Assembly: GCF_000018785.1 (NCBI RefSeq)
Contig: NC_010163.1
Span: 990,001 to 1,022,000, forward strand
Source of the DNA: Acholeplasma laidlawii PG-8A
GTDB lineage: Bacteria; Bacillota_I; Bacilli_A; Acholeplasmatales; Acholeplasmataceae
Direction: 5' to 3'
Length of the DNA stretch: 32,000 nucleotides
This document shows, piece after piece, positions 1 through 7,927 of the stretch; positions within the stretch are counted from its first letter, which is position 1, and each line of letters starts with the position of its first letter. The notes under the pieces are model-generated. The model worked only from the letters and a program-made list of their open reading frames with translations, ran no database searches and had not been told where the DNA came from. The translations under genes were made by a program, and so were the position numbers.

Positions 1-301
1 GTCTCTCTGATTTACCAAACTCATTAATAATATCGGCAGCATCATCGGGCTCAAGATTTTGTACGACTAATACTTGTTCCTCTAAGCTTTGAGTTTGGAG
101 TAGTTCTGCTGCATGTTCCGGTTCTAGGTATGACAAAACATCAGCAAACTGCTCTGTAGGTAGAATTTGCTTTAATCTTTCTTGATATTCAGGTTTTAAT
201 TCTTTGAAGATTTCTACAATATCAAAACTGTGCATTTCTTCTAATGCTTGAAGGATATCCTTATCAGAAGCATCATTTAAAAGCATATCTTTAATATCCA
301 T
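1..301 (-). CDS. mgtE: Mg2+ transporter MgtE, N-terminal part (gene continues past the window start)
   Basis: Minus-strand reading frame open to the window edge, with ATG at 301-299. It is absent from the ORF track because it has no stop in the window. Translation MDIKDMLLNDASDKDILQALEEMHSFDIVEIFKELKPEYQERLKQILPTEQFADVLSYLEPEHAAELL...NLEPDDAADIINEF fits the MgtE N-terminal domain pattern. Confidence 0.6.
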   Translation of the reverse strand, partial: MDIKDMLLNDASDKDILQALEEMHSFDIVEIFKELKPEYQERLKQILPTEQFADVLSYLEPEHAAELLQTQSLEEQVLVVQNLEPDDAADIINEFGKSER

Positions 302-549
302 ATTTACACATCCCTTTAATTCTTCAACCGTTATTTTTATTACTAAAATTTGGTAAAGTCTTCTATTATCAATGATATCATTTTTAAGCCCCATTTGTCC
401 ATTATGCTGTATGATGTTATTTTTTTATTGTTCTATCTAGTTCGGTTCTTCTTTGTTATACAAAGGTTTAATAAAACGAGTGTAAATTTACATATTATTT
501 CGTCTTAGCATGTTAAAATAAATATAACAATACTTGAGAGGAAATTAAA

Positions 550-1497
550 ATGAATAAATCACAACAAAGTAGAATATTTGTTGCTAGCGCACTGTTCATA
601 CTACTGATAGCTGCTTCGTTTATTTTTGGAGCGACTGTTTTTATTGTGGGCGCACTGGCAATACTCACGTCTTTCGTGGTAGAAATACTTAGCACAAAAG
701 CTAGAAAAGAAACTTTTGATTGGACAAGTTTCTGGATCACACCACTTGTTATTACACTACTTACAACACCAACGATCATTGATCAAGTTTGGATGGTAAG
801 TATTGCTACAGCATTTGGGGTATTCTTTGCAAAATCCATATGGGGTGGGCAAGACAAGAACGTATTTAATCCAGCCATGGTTGGATTAATCTTCATTGCA
901 CTTGCATTTCCAATTTATGTTAATAATTTTCTAGAACCAGTATCTGGTTTGGCTTCTCCTCAGACTTTAGCTACAATCTTTAAAAATAGTCCAGGGCAAA
1001 TCATGACTACCTATTCCTTATGGGATGTCTTACTAGGAAACTATGCTGGAGCAATCGGTACTACATTTAAGTTGGGTATCATTATATTAGGTTTACTCAT
1101 GATGGTTGTAAGAATATCTGATTGGCGTATTCCACTAACCTTTGTAGGTACATATTTTGTATTATCACTCATCAATGGTTTTACAAAAACAGGTGTTAAT
1201 CCATTTATGTATGCAACTTACTCTATTTTAATGGGACACTTAATGTTTGCTGTCATGTTTGTTTCTACAGACCCACAAACTGCACCATTATACAATAAGG
1301 GTAAATTCATCTATGGAATTGGATTAGGATTTATCACTTGGATTATTCAAAATATTTGGGTTTTCAATCCTCTTGCACCAAATACTGAAGGTATTATCTA
1401 TTCTGTAACATTCATGAATGCTGTTGTAGGCTTAATTGATGTATGGACTGTACCTAAAGTAAAAGATATTCCTAACCTCGAGGAGGTAGCTATATGA
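550..1497 (+). CDS. nqrB: NqrB/RnfD-family polytopic membrane subunit of an Nqr/Rnf-type redox pump (short form, 315 aa)
   Basis: Family-typical motifs are present: SIWGGQDKNVFNPAM and LLGNYAGAIGTTFKLGIIILGLLMMVVRISDWRIP. There are many hydrophobic segments. RBS GAGAGGA lies upstream of ATG 550, and there is an ATGA overlap with the next gene. Confidence 0.8.
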   Translation: MNKSQQSRIFVASALFILLIAASFIFGATVFIVGALAILTSFVVEILSTKARKETFDWTSFWITPLVITLLTTPTIIDQVWMVSIATAFGVFFAKSIWGGQDKNVFNPAMVGLIFIALAFPIYVNNFLEPVSGLASPQTLATIFKNSPGQIMTTYSLWDVLLGNYAGAIGTTFKLGIIILGLLMMVVRISDWRIPLTFVGTYFVLSLINGFTKTGVNPFMYATYSILMGHLMFAVMFVSTDPQTAPLYNKGKFIYGIGLGFITWIIQNIWVFNPLAPNTEGIIYSVTFMNAVVGLIDVWTVPKVKDIPNLEEVAI

Positions 1498-3464
1498 AAA
1501 AATATATTAGTATGTTAAGTTTCGTTCTTATCATGGGTATTGTATCTTCTGTTATTTTAATGGGTGCAGATATGATCACACGTGATAGAATTGCTAAAAA
1601 TGCAGAATATGCTTGGAAAACAGCTATATTAACGCATCATAATGTTGATTATACTGATGCAAACTTCGACGAAGTATTTCTAGAAACTTTTGAAGAAAGA
1701 ACTGCAGAAGACACTAATGGTAAGACAAGATACTTATATGTTCATAACCAAACTGGTGCAGTGAGTTATCAGTTCAGCGGTGGTGGCTTATGGGATACCA
1801 TAGCTGGTGTTATTACATTAGAAAGTGATTTCCAAACAATTGTTCAAATCACTGTTACTAAACAAGGAGAAACTCCAGGTTTAGGTGGTATTGTTGCAGA
1901 AAAACCTTATCTAGATAATTATGCTGGTAAGAAATTTGATGAATCCTTAGGGTTGGTGGCTGTTAAATCAGAACCTACTACAGATTATGAAGTAGATGCA
2001 ATTACCGGTGCTACTGGTACTTCTAATGCTTTTGTTGGTCTATTAAGTGTTGAATACCGCACTATGTTAGGTTTATTTGGAGATGTAAATCCATTATCCG
2101 TTGCTATGAAAGCTATTATGACTCATAATGATGTCGAGTTTACTGGCGAAAACTTTGAAAATGTATTTGCTCAAAACTTCGAAACAAATACAATCGATGA
2201 ATTAACACTATATACTCACAAAGTAAATGGCAACGTAAGTTTCACATTTACTGCTGGCGGATTTAACGGTCCAATTGATGCAGTTGTGACACTTGATCCA
2301 CTATTCGAAACAATTCTAGGTATCAAAGTACTTTCTCAATCAGAAGGTTGGGGCGCAGTTATTCAAACAAACCCAGCAGTATTAGAATACTTTGTAGGTA
2401 AGAAATTTGCACCTGACTTCGAATTATCTGATGATTTTGATGGTTTCGGTGGTGCTACAACGACTAGAAAGAATTTCGTATTAGGACTTAATGAAGCAAG
2501 AGATTTATATTATTCAATCTTTATTGATGGTGTAGATCCAAACATGGTTTGGAAACAAGCCCTTCTAACTAATAATGGTATTACTTCTACTGAAGCAGAT
2601 TATAAGACATTATTCAATCAAACATTTACTGTTGAAACACAAGGTGATTTAACACTTTATAGAAATAACGCAGACCAAAATATTAGTATGTTATTTGAAA
2701 CAGACGGTTTTGGTGGTGTTATTAAGGGTGTATTAACACTTGAAAATGATTTTTCAACAATTGTTTATATTACAATTTATCAACAATCCGAAACTTGGGG
2801 AGCTCGTATCCAAAATAACGCGGAATTCTTTGATGCTTATGTAGGTAAGAAGTTTGCTCCAACTATCTCATTTGTAGAAACTCCAGCAACCGATTCTGAA
2901 ATCGTTGATGGTTATGGTGGTGCAACTACAACTAAAGGCGCTATGCTTGAGATATTAAATTCAGTACGTGATACATATTACACTGCGTTCTTCGATCCAA
3001 ACATGGTTTGGAAAAAAGCAATGCTTGCAAATAACGGTGTTGAATCTACTGACTTAAATTATGAAACATTATTTGATACAACATTTAATGTAGAAACTTC
3101 TGGTGACTTAACATTATATACAAATAAGACAAATCAAAATGTAAGTTTCACATATGAAACAACAGGTTTTGTAGGTGACATTAAAGGTGTTATAACACTA
3201 GCTAGTGATTTTGAAACAATTGTTCGTATCAGTGTTTATGAACAACATGAAAAATGGGGTGCACGTATTCAAACAACCCTAACATTCTTTGATGCTTATG
3301 TTGGTAAGAAATTCTCACCAACAATCTCATTTGTAGAAACACCAACAACAGATTCTGAAATTGTTGATGGTTATGGTGGAGCTACTACAACTAAGGCTTC
3401 TATGTTAAACATTTTAAATGAGACAGTAGCAGCATACAAATTAGCATTTGCGGTGGAGGCATAA
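1494..3464 (+). CDS. nqrC: NqrC/RnfG-family subunit: N-terminal membrane anchor plus four tandem FMN-binding ectodomain modules (656 aa)
   Basis: N-terminal TM helix ISMLSFVLIMGIVSSVILMG. Module 1 has the canonical GETPGLGG and DAITGATGTS flavinylation-type motifs. Three further modules carry DGFGGATTT or DGYGGATTT. RBS GAGGAGG is at about 1480-1486. Confidence 0.8.
   Translation: MKKYISMLSFVLIMGIVSSVILMGADMITRDRIAKNAEYAWKTAILTHHNVDYTDANFDEVFLETFEERTAEDTNGKTRYLYVHNQTGAVSYQFSGGGLWDTIAGVITLESDFQTIVQITVTKQGETPGLGGIVAEKPYLDNYAGKKFDESLGLVAVKSEPTTDYEVDAITGATGTSNAFVGLLSVEYRTMLGLFGDVNPLSVAMKAIMTHNDVEFTGENFENVFAQNFETNTIDELTLYTHKVNGNVSFTFTAGGFNGPIDAVVTLDPLFETILGIKVLSQSEGWGAVIQTNPAVLEYFVGKKFAPDFELSDDFDGFGGATTTRKNFVLGLNEARDLYYSIFIDGVDPNMVWKQALLTNNGITSTEADYKTLFNQTFTVETQGDLTLYRNNADQNISMLFETDGFGGVIKGVLTLENDFSTIVYITIYQQSETWGARIQNNAEFFDAYVGKKFAPTISFVETPATDSEIVDGYGGATTTKGAMLEILNSVRDTYYTAFFDPNMVWKKAMLANNGVESTDLNYETLFDTTFNVETSGDLTLYTNKTNQNVSFTYETTGFVGDIKGVITLASDFETIVRISVYEQHEKWGARIQTTLTFFDAYVGKKFSPTISFVETPTTDSEIVDGYGGATTTKASMLNILNETVAAYKLAFAVEA
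1602..3452 (+). repeat. In-frame tandem array of four RnfG/NqrC-ectodomain modules (about 1602-2087, 2088-2534, 2535-2993, 2994-3452)
   Basis: Recurrent landmarks appear in each module: WK.A.L..(H/N)N, LTLY, (Q/E).SE.WGA or GETPGLGG, Y.GKKF, and D....GAT. Modules 3 and 4 both start with GATCCAAACATGGTTTGGAAA and are 459 nt apart. They remain clearly alignable at the DNA level. Confidence 0.8.
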
Positions 3465-3465
3465 T

Positions 3466-4125
3466 ATGGAAAACAATCAATCAATCTTACCTAAACCAAG
3501 TCGCTGGTTAAGACTCCAATACAAAAAATGGTTTCTCATACTTAAAAATGGTATTTCAGAAGAAAACCCAATTATTGTCTCAGTATTAGGTATCTGTTCA
3601 GCACTTGCTGTTACAAATAGAGTAGAAAATGCAATCGTCATGGGTATTGGTGTTACATTCGTTATCATGGCTTCTTCTATGATGGTCTCTATGATGCGTA
3701 ATCTCATCCCTTCAAAGGTACGTATGGTAGCTTTCATGGTTATTATTTCAATGTTTACTATCGTAGTTCAAATGTTCTTACAAGCATTCCTACCTGTAGT
3801 TGCTGCAAACCTTGGTGCATATACTGGTTTAATTATCACAAACTGTATTGTTATGGGTAGAGCAGAAGCATTTGCTATCAAAAATCCTGTTAAATATACT
3901 ATTATTGACGGTTTTGCTAACGGTATGGGTTATACCTTAGTATTAATTGCAATCGCTGCAGTTCGTGAGCCTTTAGCATTTGGAACATTCCTTGGTATGA
4001 GTATCCCTGGTTTTGATAACTGGATTAACTGGAACGTTATGGCGTTAGCACCTGGTGGTTTCTTCGTATTAACCTTATTAGCATGGTTAGTGCGTACATT
4101 AACCAAGAAATATGAAGAAGCGTAG
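3466..4125 (+). CDS. nqrD: NqrD/RnfE-family membrane subunit
   Basis: Start moved from the track's TTG 3448 to ATG 3466, which has RBS GGTGGAGG at 3452-3459 and lies just after the TAA of the previous gene. Motifs LGICSALAVT and GLIITNCIVMGRAEAF are typical of the NqrD/RnfE family, including its two conserved Cys. Confidence 0.85.
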   Translation: MENNQSILPKPSRWLRLQYKKWFLILKNGISEENPIIVSVLGICSALAVTNRVENAIVMGIGVTFVIMASSMMVSMMRNLIPSKVRMVAFMVIISMFTIVVQMFLQAFLPVVAANLGAYTGLIITNCIVMGRAEAFAIKNPVKYTIIDGFANGMGYTLVLIAIAAVREPLAFGTFLGMSIPGFDNWINWNVMALAPGGFFVLTLLAWLVRTLTKKYEEA

Positions 4126-4138
4126 GAGGAGATAAAAC

Positions 4139-4723
4139 ATGGAATTAATTGAATTATTCTTAGCATCAATACTATCAAATAACATCGCCTTGATCTTCAT
4201 TTTAGGGATGTGTTCATTAATCGCTGTATCTACATCCATTAAAAACTCCGTCAACATGGGTGTTGCAGTTATCTTTGTTGTTACAATCACAGCTATAATT
4301 AACTGGCCAATTTATGAATTACTTAAAGCAACTGGTACAGAACAATTAGCATTATTAGTATTTATTATTGTTATTGCAGCATTTGTACAATTCTTAGAAA
4401 TGTTCTTAGCTAAATATTTTCCAAAGATTTACGAATCATTTGGTATATTCTTACCACTAATTACTGTTAACTGTATCGTATTATCTGTATCACTGTTTTT
4501 CCAACAAAGAAATTATGACTTCTTACAAACAACCGTATTTGCATTCGGTTCTTCAGTTGGTTGGACATTTGCAATGATCTTACTTGCAGGTGTTAGACAA
4601 AAAATGTACCGCGTATCTAACCTTCCAAAAGGTTTACGTGGTCGCGCGATTGCATTCTTAATTTTAGGGATCTTAGCATTAGCATTCATTGGCTTTACCG
4701 GTATCGGTAGAGTGTCATTTTAG
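4139..4723 (+). CDS. nqrE: NqrE/RnfA-family membrane subunit
   Basis: Motifs ILGMCSLIAVS, FVQFLEMFL and LPLITVNCIVLS are typical of NqrE/RnfA. RBS AGGAGGAG lies upstream. Confidence 0.85.
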   Translation: MELIELFLASILSNNIALIFILGMCSLIAVSTSIKNSVNMGVAVIFVVTITAIINWPIYELLKATGTEQLALLVFIIVIAAFVQFLEMFLAKYFPKIYESFGIFLPLITVNCIVLSVSLFFQQRNYDFLQTTVFAFGSSVGWTFAMILLAGVRQKMYRVSNLPKGLRGRAIAFLILGILALAFIGFTGIGRVSF

Positions 4724-4732
4724 GAGGAAACT

Positions 4733-5809
4733 ATGGATCCATTATATACACCAATAATTCTTATTGGTTTACTCATCGTTGTTACACTTGTAGTTATCTT
4801 AGTTGATAAATTACTCGGTGGTGGTGGTGAACGTAAAATCACTGTTAATAAAGATAATGTCATTACAATCTCTGGTAGAGAAACAGCATTAAATGCATTA
4901 ACTAATAATAAAATTTTCTTACCTTCTTCTTGTGGTGGTAAAGCTACTTGTGGTACATGTAAATTTAGATTAGTTGACTGGCATGAAGCTCCAAAACCTA
5001 CAGAAATACCATTCTTATCAAAAGATGAAATTAGCGAAGGCGTTCGCTTATCATGTCAAGTGGTTGTCACTGAAGACATGCAAGTTGAAGTACCACCTTC
5101 CGTATTAAATGTTAAACCTTTCTATGGTAAAGTCGTTGAAGTTGAGCAATTAACACACGATATTAGACGTATTAAATTCGAAATGAAAGAAGATTTCGTA
5201 TTCAAACCAGGACAATACTTACAAATCGAAGTACCTGGTATTGAAACAACGAGAGCATACTCTATTGCATCAAATCCAAATGATTTAAGACACCCTGAGG
5301 TAATTATTCGTTTAGTACCAGGCGGTGTTGCAACTAAGTTTATTCATAAAGCTTTAGTTATAGGCGATACATTAAAAATTACAGGTCCATTTGGTGACTT
5401 CTTCTTACAAGAAGAGTCTACTCGCCCAATCATTATGATTGCTGGTGGTTCTGGTAAAGCTCCAATTCGTTCAATTATCTATAAATTAATTGAACAAAAC
5501 ATGCCAAGAAAAGCACAATACTTCTTTGGTGCAAGAACTAAAAAAGATTTATATTATACTAAAGAATTCAAAGATGTTGAAGCGATGTATCCAAACTTCA
5601 AATATATTCCAGCTTTATCTACACCACTTCCAGAAGATGAGTGGGATCTAGATATCGGTCTTATTACAGAAGTTGTTGCAAGACACACTGGTGATCTAAG
5701 TGGTCACGAAGCATATCTTTGTGGATCTCCTGGTATGATCGATGCATGTATTAAAGTATTAAGAGAAAAAGGTATGCCTGAAGAACATATCTACTTCGAT
5801 AAATTCTAA
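4733..5809 (+). CDS. nqrF: NqrF-type NADH-oxidising subunit (TM anchor, 2Fe-2S ferredoxin domain, FAD/NAD(H) reductase domain)
   Basis: N-terminal TM helix. Cys67-x5-Cys73-x2-Cys76-x31-Cys108 (SSCGGKATCGTCKF...RLSCQV). RAYSIAS is the FAD RxYS motif, GGSGKAPIRS the NAD-binding motif, and YLCGSPGMIDA the C-terminal motif. RBS AGGAGGAA lies upstream. Confidence 0.85.
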   Translation: MDPLYTPIILIGLLIVVTLVVILVDKLLGGGGERKITVNKDNVITISGRETALNALTNNKIFLPSSCGGKATCGTCKFRLVDWHEAPKPTEIPFLSKDEISEGVRLSCQVVVTEDMQVEVPPSVLNVKPFYGKVVEVEQLTHDIRRIKFEMKEDFVFKPGQYLQIEVPGIETTRAYSIASNPNDLRHPEVIIRLVPGGVATKFIHKALVIGDTLKITGPFGDFFLQEESTRPIIMIAGGSGKAPIRSIIYKLIEQNMPRKAQYFFGARTKKDLYYTKEFKDVEAMYPNFKYIPALSTPLPEDEWDLDIGLITEVVARHTGDLSGHEAYLCGSPGMIDACIKVLREKGMPEEHIYFDKF

Positions 5810-5813
5810 TTTT

Positions 5814-5846
5814 AAAGGTGAGCTTAATGCTCACCTTTTTATTTTA
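5814..5846 (+). terminator. Rho-independent terminator of the nqr-like operon
   Basis: Perfect 10-bp stem AAAGGTGAGC/GCTCACCTTT (5814-5823 / 5829-5838) with loop TTAAT, followed by a TTTTTATTTT tail. It begins 5 nt after the nqrF stop. Confidence 0.7.
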
Positions 5847-5861
5847 TGATATTCAGCTTAT

Positions 5862-5892
5862 AAAAAAACTCACCTTATTTTGGGTGAGTTTT
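5862..5892 (-). terminator. Terminator of the V-type ATPase operon (hairpin could act in both directions)
   Basis: Inverted repeat AAACTCACC (5866-5874) / GGTGAGTTT (5883-5891), flanked by A/T runs on both sides. It lies 5 nt downstream of the ntpD stop on the minus strand. Confidence 0.5.
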
Positions 5893-5896
5893 ATAA

Positions 5897-6538
5897 TCAT
5901 TTTTGACTATCTAATTGTTTTTTTAAGATAAGATCTTTAGATTTCATGATACGTATTGTATTAGATAATTCTGCCTCGTTAATTTTCATTCGAACAACTT
6001 TAATGTCTTCCATAATTTCAGGAATTAGAATATGTTCAATCGCGTTTACACGGCGCTTAGTCTTTTCAATTTCTCTTATCAAGATACGGACTCTTTTATC
6101 CATTGCAGCAAGTTCAATAAACTTATCTAAATTACTTGCTAGATTTAGGACAATATCATCTAATATTGGATGTGTACCATGAAATGAGTACGTGATTTGA
6201 GGCTTTATAGTTTCTTTAATCTCAATTTTAGGTACTGTAACACTCATGACGGACTCTTTTTTATATTCAAGTTCTAGCGTTGTTGCAGGTACTAGAAATT
6301 TTTCACGTAATTCAGATTCATAATGAAACGCTTTAGCACTATCATACTTATCTAAGGCATCCAACCATTTATCTTCAACAAGCGTGCGTAAGACTTTATA
6401 TTGTTCAACCAGTTTTAAAAATTGGCGCATCATCTCATCTTGTTTATCCTTTAAAAGACGATGTCCCTTTCTTGTTGTAGCTAGTTGATTTTTTAATCTT
6501 GTAAGCTCCATTCTTGTTGCATTAGCGATATTTGGCAT
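5897..6538 (-). CDS. ntpD: V/A-type ATPase subunit D (central stalk)
   Basis: N-terminus ATRMELTRLKNQLATTRKGHRLLKDKQDEMMRQF matches the conserved V-type D pattern. It is the last gene of the ntp-like operon. Confidence 0.85.
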   Translation of the reverse strand: MPNIANATRMELTRLKNQLATTRKGHRLLKDKQDEMMRQFLKLVEQYKVLRTLVEDKWLDALDKYDSAKAFHYESELREKFLVPATTLELEYKKESVMSVTVPKIEIKETIKPQITYSFHGTHPILDDIVLNLASNLDKFIELAAMDKRVRILIREIEKTKRRVNAIEHILIPEIMEDIKVVRMKINEAELSNTIRIMKSKDLILKKQLDSQK

Positions 6539-6543
6539 TGAAA

Positions 6544-7923
6544 TTACTCCTTAACTTTGTAGTATTTATCTAAGCGTTTATTAGAAATACGTTTCAATTC
6601 AGATCTTGGTAGAATATTTAATAATTTCCAACCTAGATCAAGTGTTTCTTCGATAGTTCTATTGGATTCATATCCTTGAGATAAGTATTCTTTTTCAAAC
6701 TTATCTGCAAATACTGCATAGAGTTTATCTGTATCAGATAATGCAGATTCACCGAGTACAGTTGCTAATTCTTTAGCTTCTTTACCACGTGCATAACTTG
6801 CAAATAATTGGTTTAATGTATCAGAGTGATCATCTCTTGTTTTACCTTCACCAATACCTTTATCTTTTAGACGAGATAAAGATGGTAAAACATCCACTGG
6901 TGGTTGTATACCTTTTTGATGTAAGCTTCTAGATAAAATAACTTGACCTTCTGTAATATATCCTGTTAAGTCAGGAATTGGGTGGGTCTTATCATCTTCT
7001 GGCATGGTAAGGATAGGTAATTGCGTAATAGAGCCTTTTTTGCCCTTTACACGACCTGCACGCTCATATAAAGACGAAAGGTCAGTATACATATAACCAG
7101 GGTAACCACGACGTCCTGGCACTTCTTTTCTCGCTGCTGAAATTTCTCTTAAGGACTCTGCATAGTTTGTAATATCAGTCATGATAATTAAAACGTGCAT
7201 ATCTAATTCATAAGCTAAATACTCAGCTGCTGTAATTGCCATACGAGGGGTTGCAATACGTTCAACTGCCGGGTCATTTGCAAGGTTTACAAACATGACT
7301 GTTCTATCGATTGCACCTGATTTTTTAAATTCCTCAATAAAGAAGTTTGACTCTTCAAATGTAATACCAATTGCAGCAAATACTACTGCAAAGTTATCCG
7401 TTGTACCAACAACTTTTGCATTTCTAGCAATCATTGCAGCTAGTTTATTATGAGGTAGTCCTGATCCTGAAAAGATTGGTAATTTTTGTCCACGAACAAG
7501 TGTATTTAATCCATCAATGGATGAAACTCCTGTTTGAATAAACTCAGATGGATAGTCTCTAGCTACCGGGTTTAGTGGTATACCATTAATATCCATTTTC
7601 ATTTCTGGAATGATTTTACCTTTACCATCTTTAGGTTCACCCATACCACTAAAGATACGGCCTAAAATGAGTGGAGATAAATCAAGTTCTAAACCATGAC
7701 CTAAGAATACTGCTTTAGCATCTTCTATTTTTAATCCTTGACTGGATTCAAATAATTGAACTAACGCTTTATCTTGATCAATTTCTAGGACACGCCCATA
7801 TCTGGTCGTACCATTAGCTAGTTTAACACGCACTGTTTCATCATACTTAACATTTTCAGTATGTGTTACAAGCATTAAGGGTCCAACGACTTCTTTGATT
7901 GTTTTATATTCTCTATTCGACAT
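6544..7923 (-). CDS. ntpB: V/A-type ATPase subunit B (non-catalytic)
   Basis: Alpha/beta ATPase fold motifs without a canonical P-loop lysine box: [60 protein letters not shown]. Confidence 0.95.
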   Translation of the reverse strand: MSNREYKTIKEVVGPLMLVTHTENVKYDETVRVKLANGTTRYGRVLEIDQDKALVQLFESSQGLKIEDAKAVFLGHGLELDLSPLILGRIFSGMGEPKDGKGKIIPEMKMDINGIPLNPVARDYPSEFIQTGVSSIDGLNTLVRGQKLPIFSGSGLPHNKLAAMIARNAKVVGTTDNFAVVFAAIGITFEESNFFIEEFKKSGAIDRTVMFVNLANDPAVERIATPRMAITAAEYLAYELDMHVLIIMTDITNYAESLREISAARKEVPGRRGYPGYMYTDLSSLYERAGRVKGKKGSITQLPILTMPEDDKTHPIPDLTGYITEGQVILSRSLHQKGIQPPVDVLPSLSRLKDKGIGEGKTRDDHSDTLNQLFASYARGKEAKELATVLGESALSDTDKLYAVFADKFEKEYLSQGYESNRTIEETLDLGWKLLNILPRSELKRISNKRLDKYYKVKE

Positions 7924-7927
7924 CGTT

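Noticed and set aside
302-549. Possible M-box (Mg2+) riboswitch in the leader of mgtE, or an FMN riboswitch ahead of the flavin-rich nqr-like operon.
   Set aside because: I read both strands and found none of the GC-rich conserved cores (GTTAGGTGAGGC-type for M-box, AGGGCGGGG...CCCACCGG-type for FMN). The region is simply AT-rich. A covariance-model scan would be the definitive test.
1495-1497. Mycoplasma/Spiroplasma genetic code (TGA = Trp), given the AT-rich, Mollicutes-like content.
   Set aside because: TGA terminates conserved genes at sensible lengths: the nqrB-like gene at 1495-1497, the first ABC gene at 26373-26375 and ntpG at 9703-9705. Conserved Trp positions are TGG. The standard bacterial code fits.
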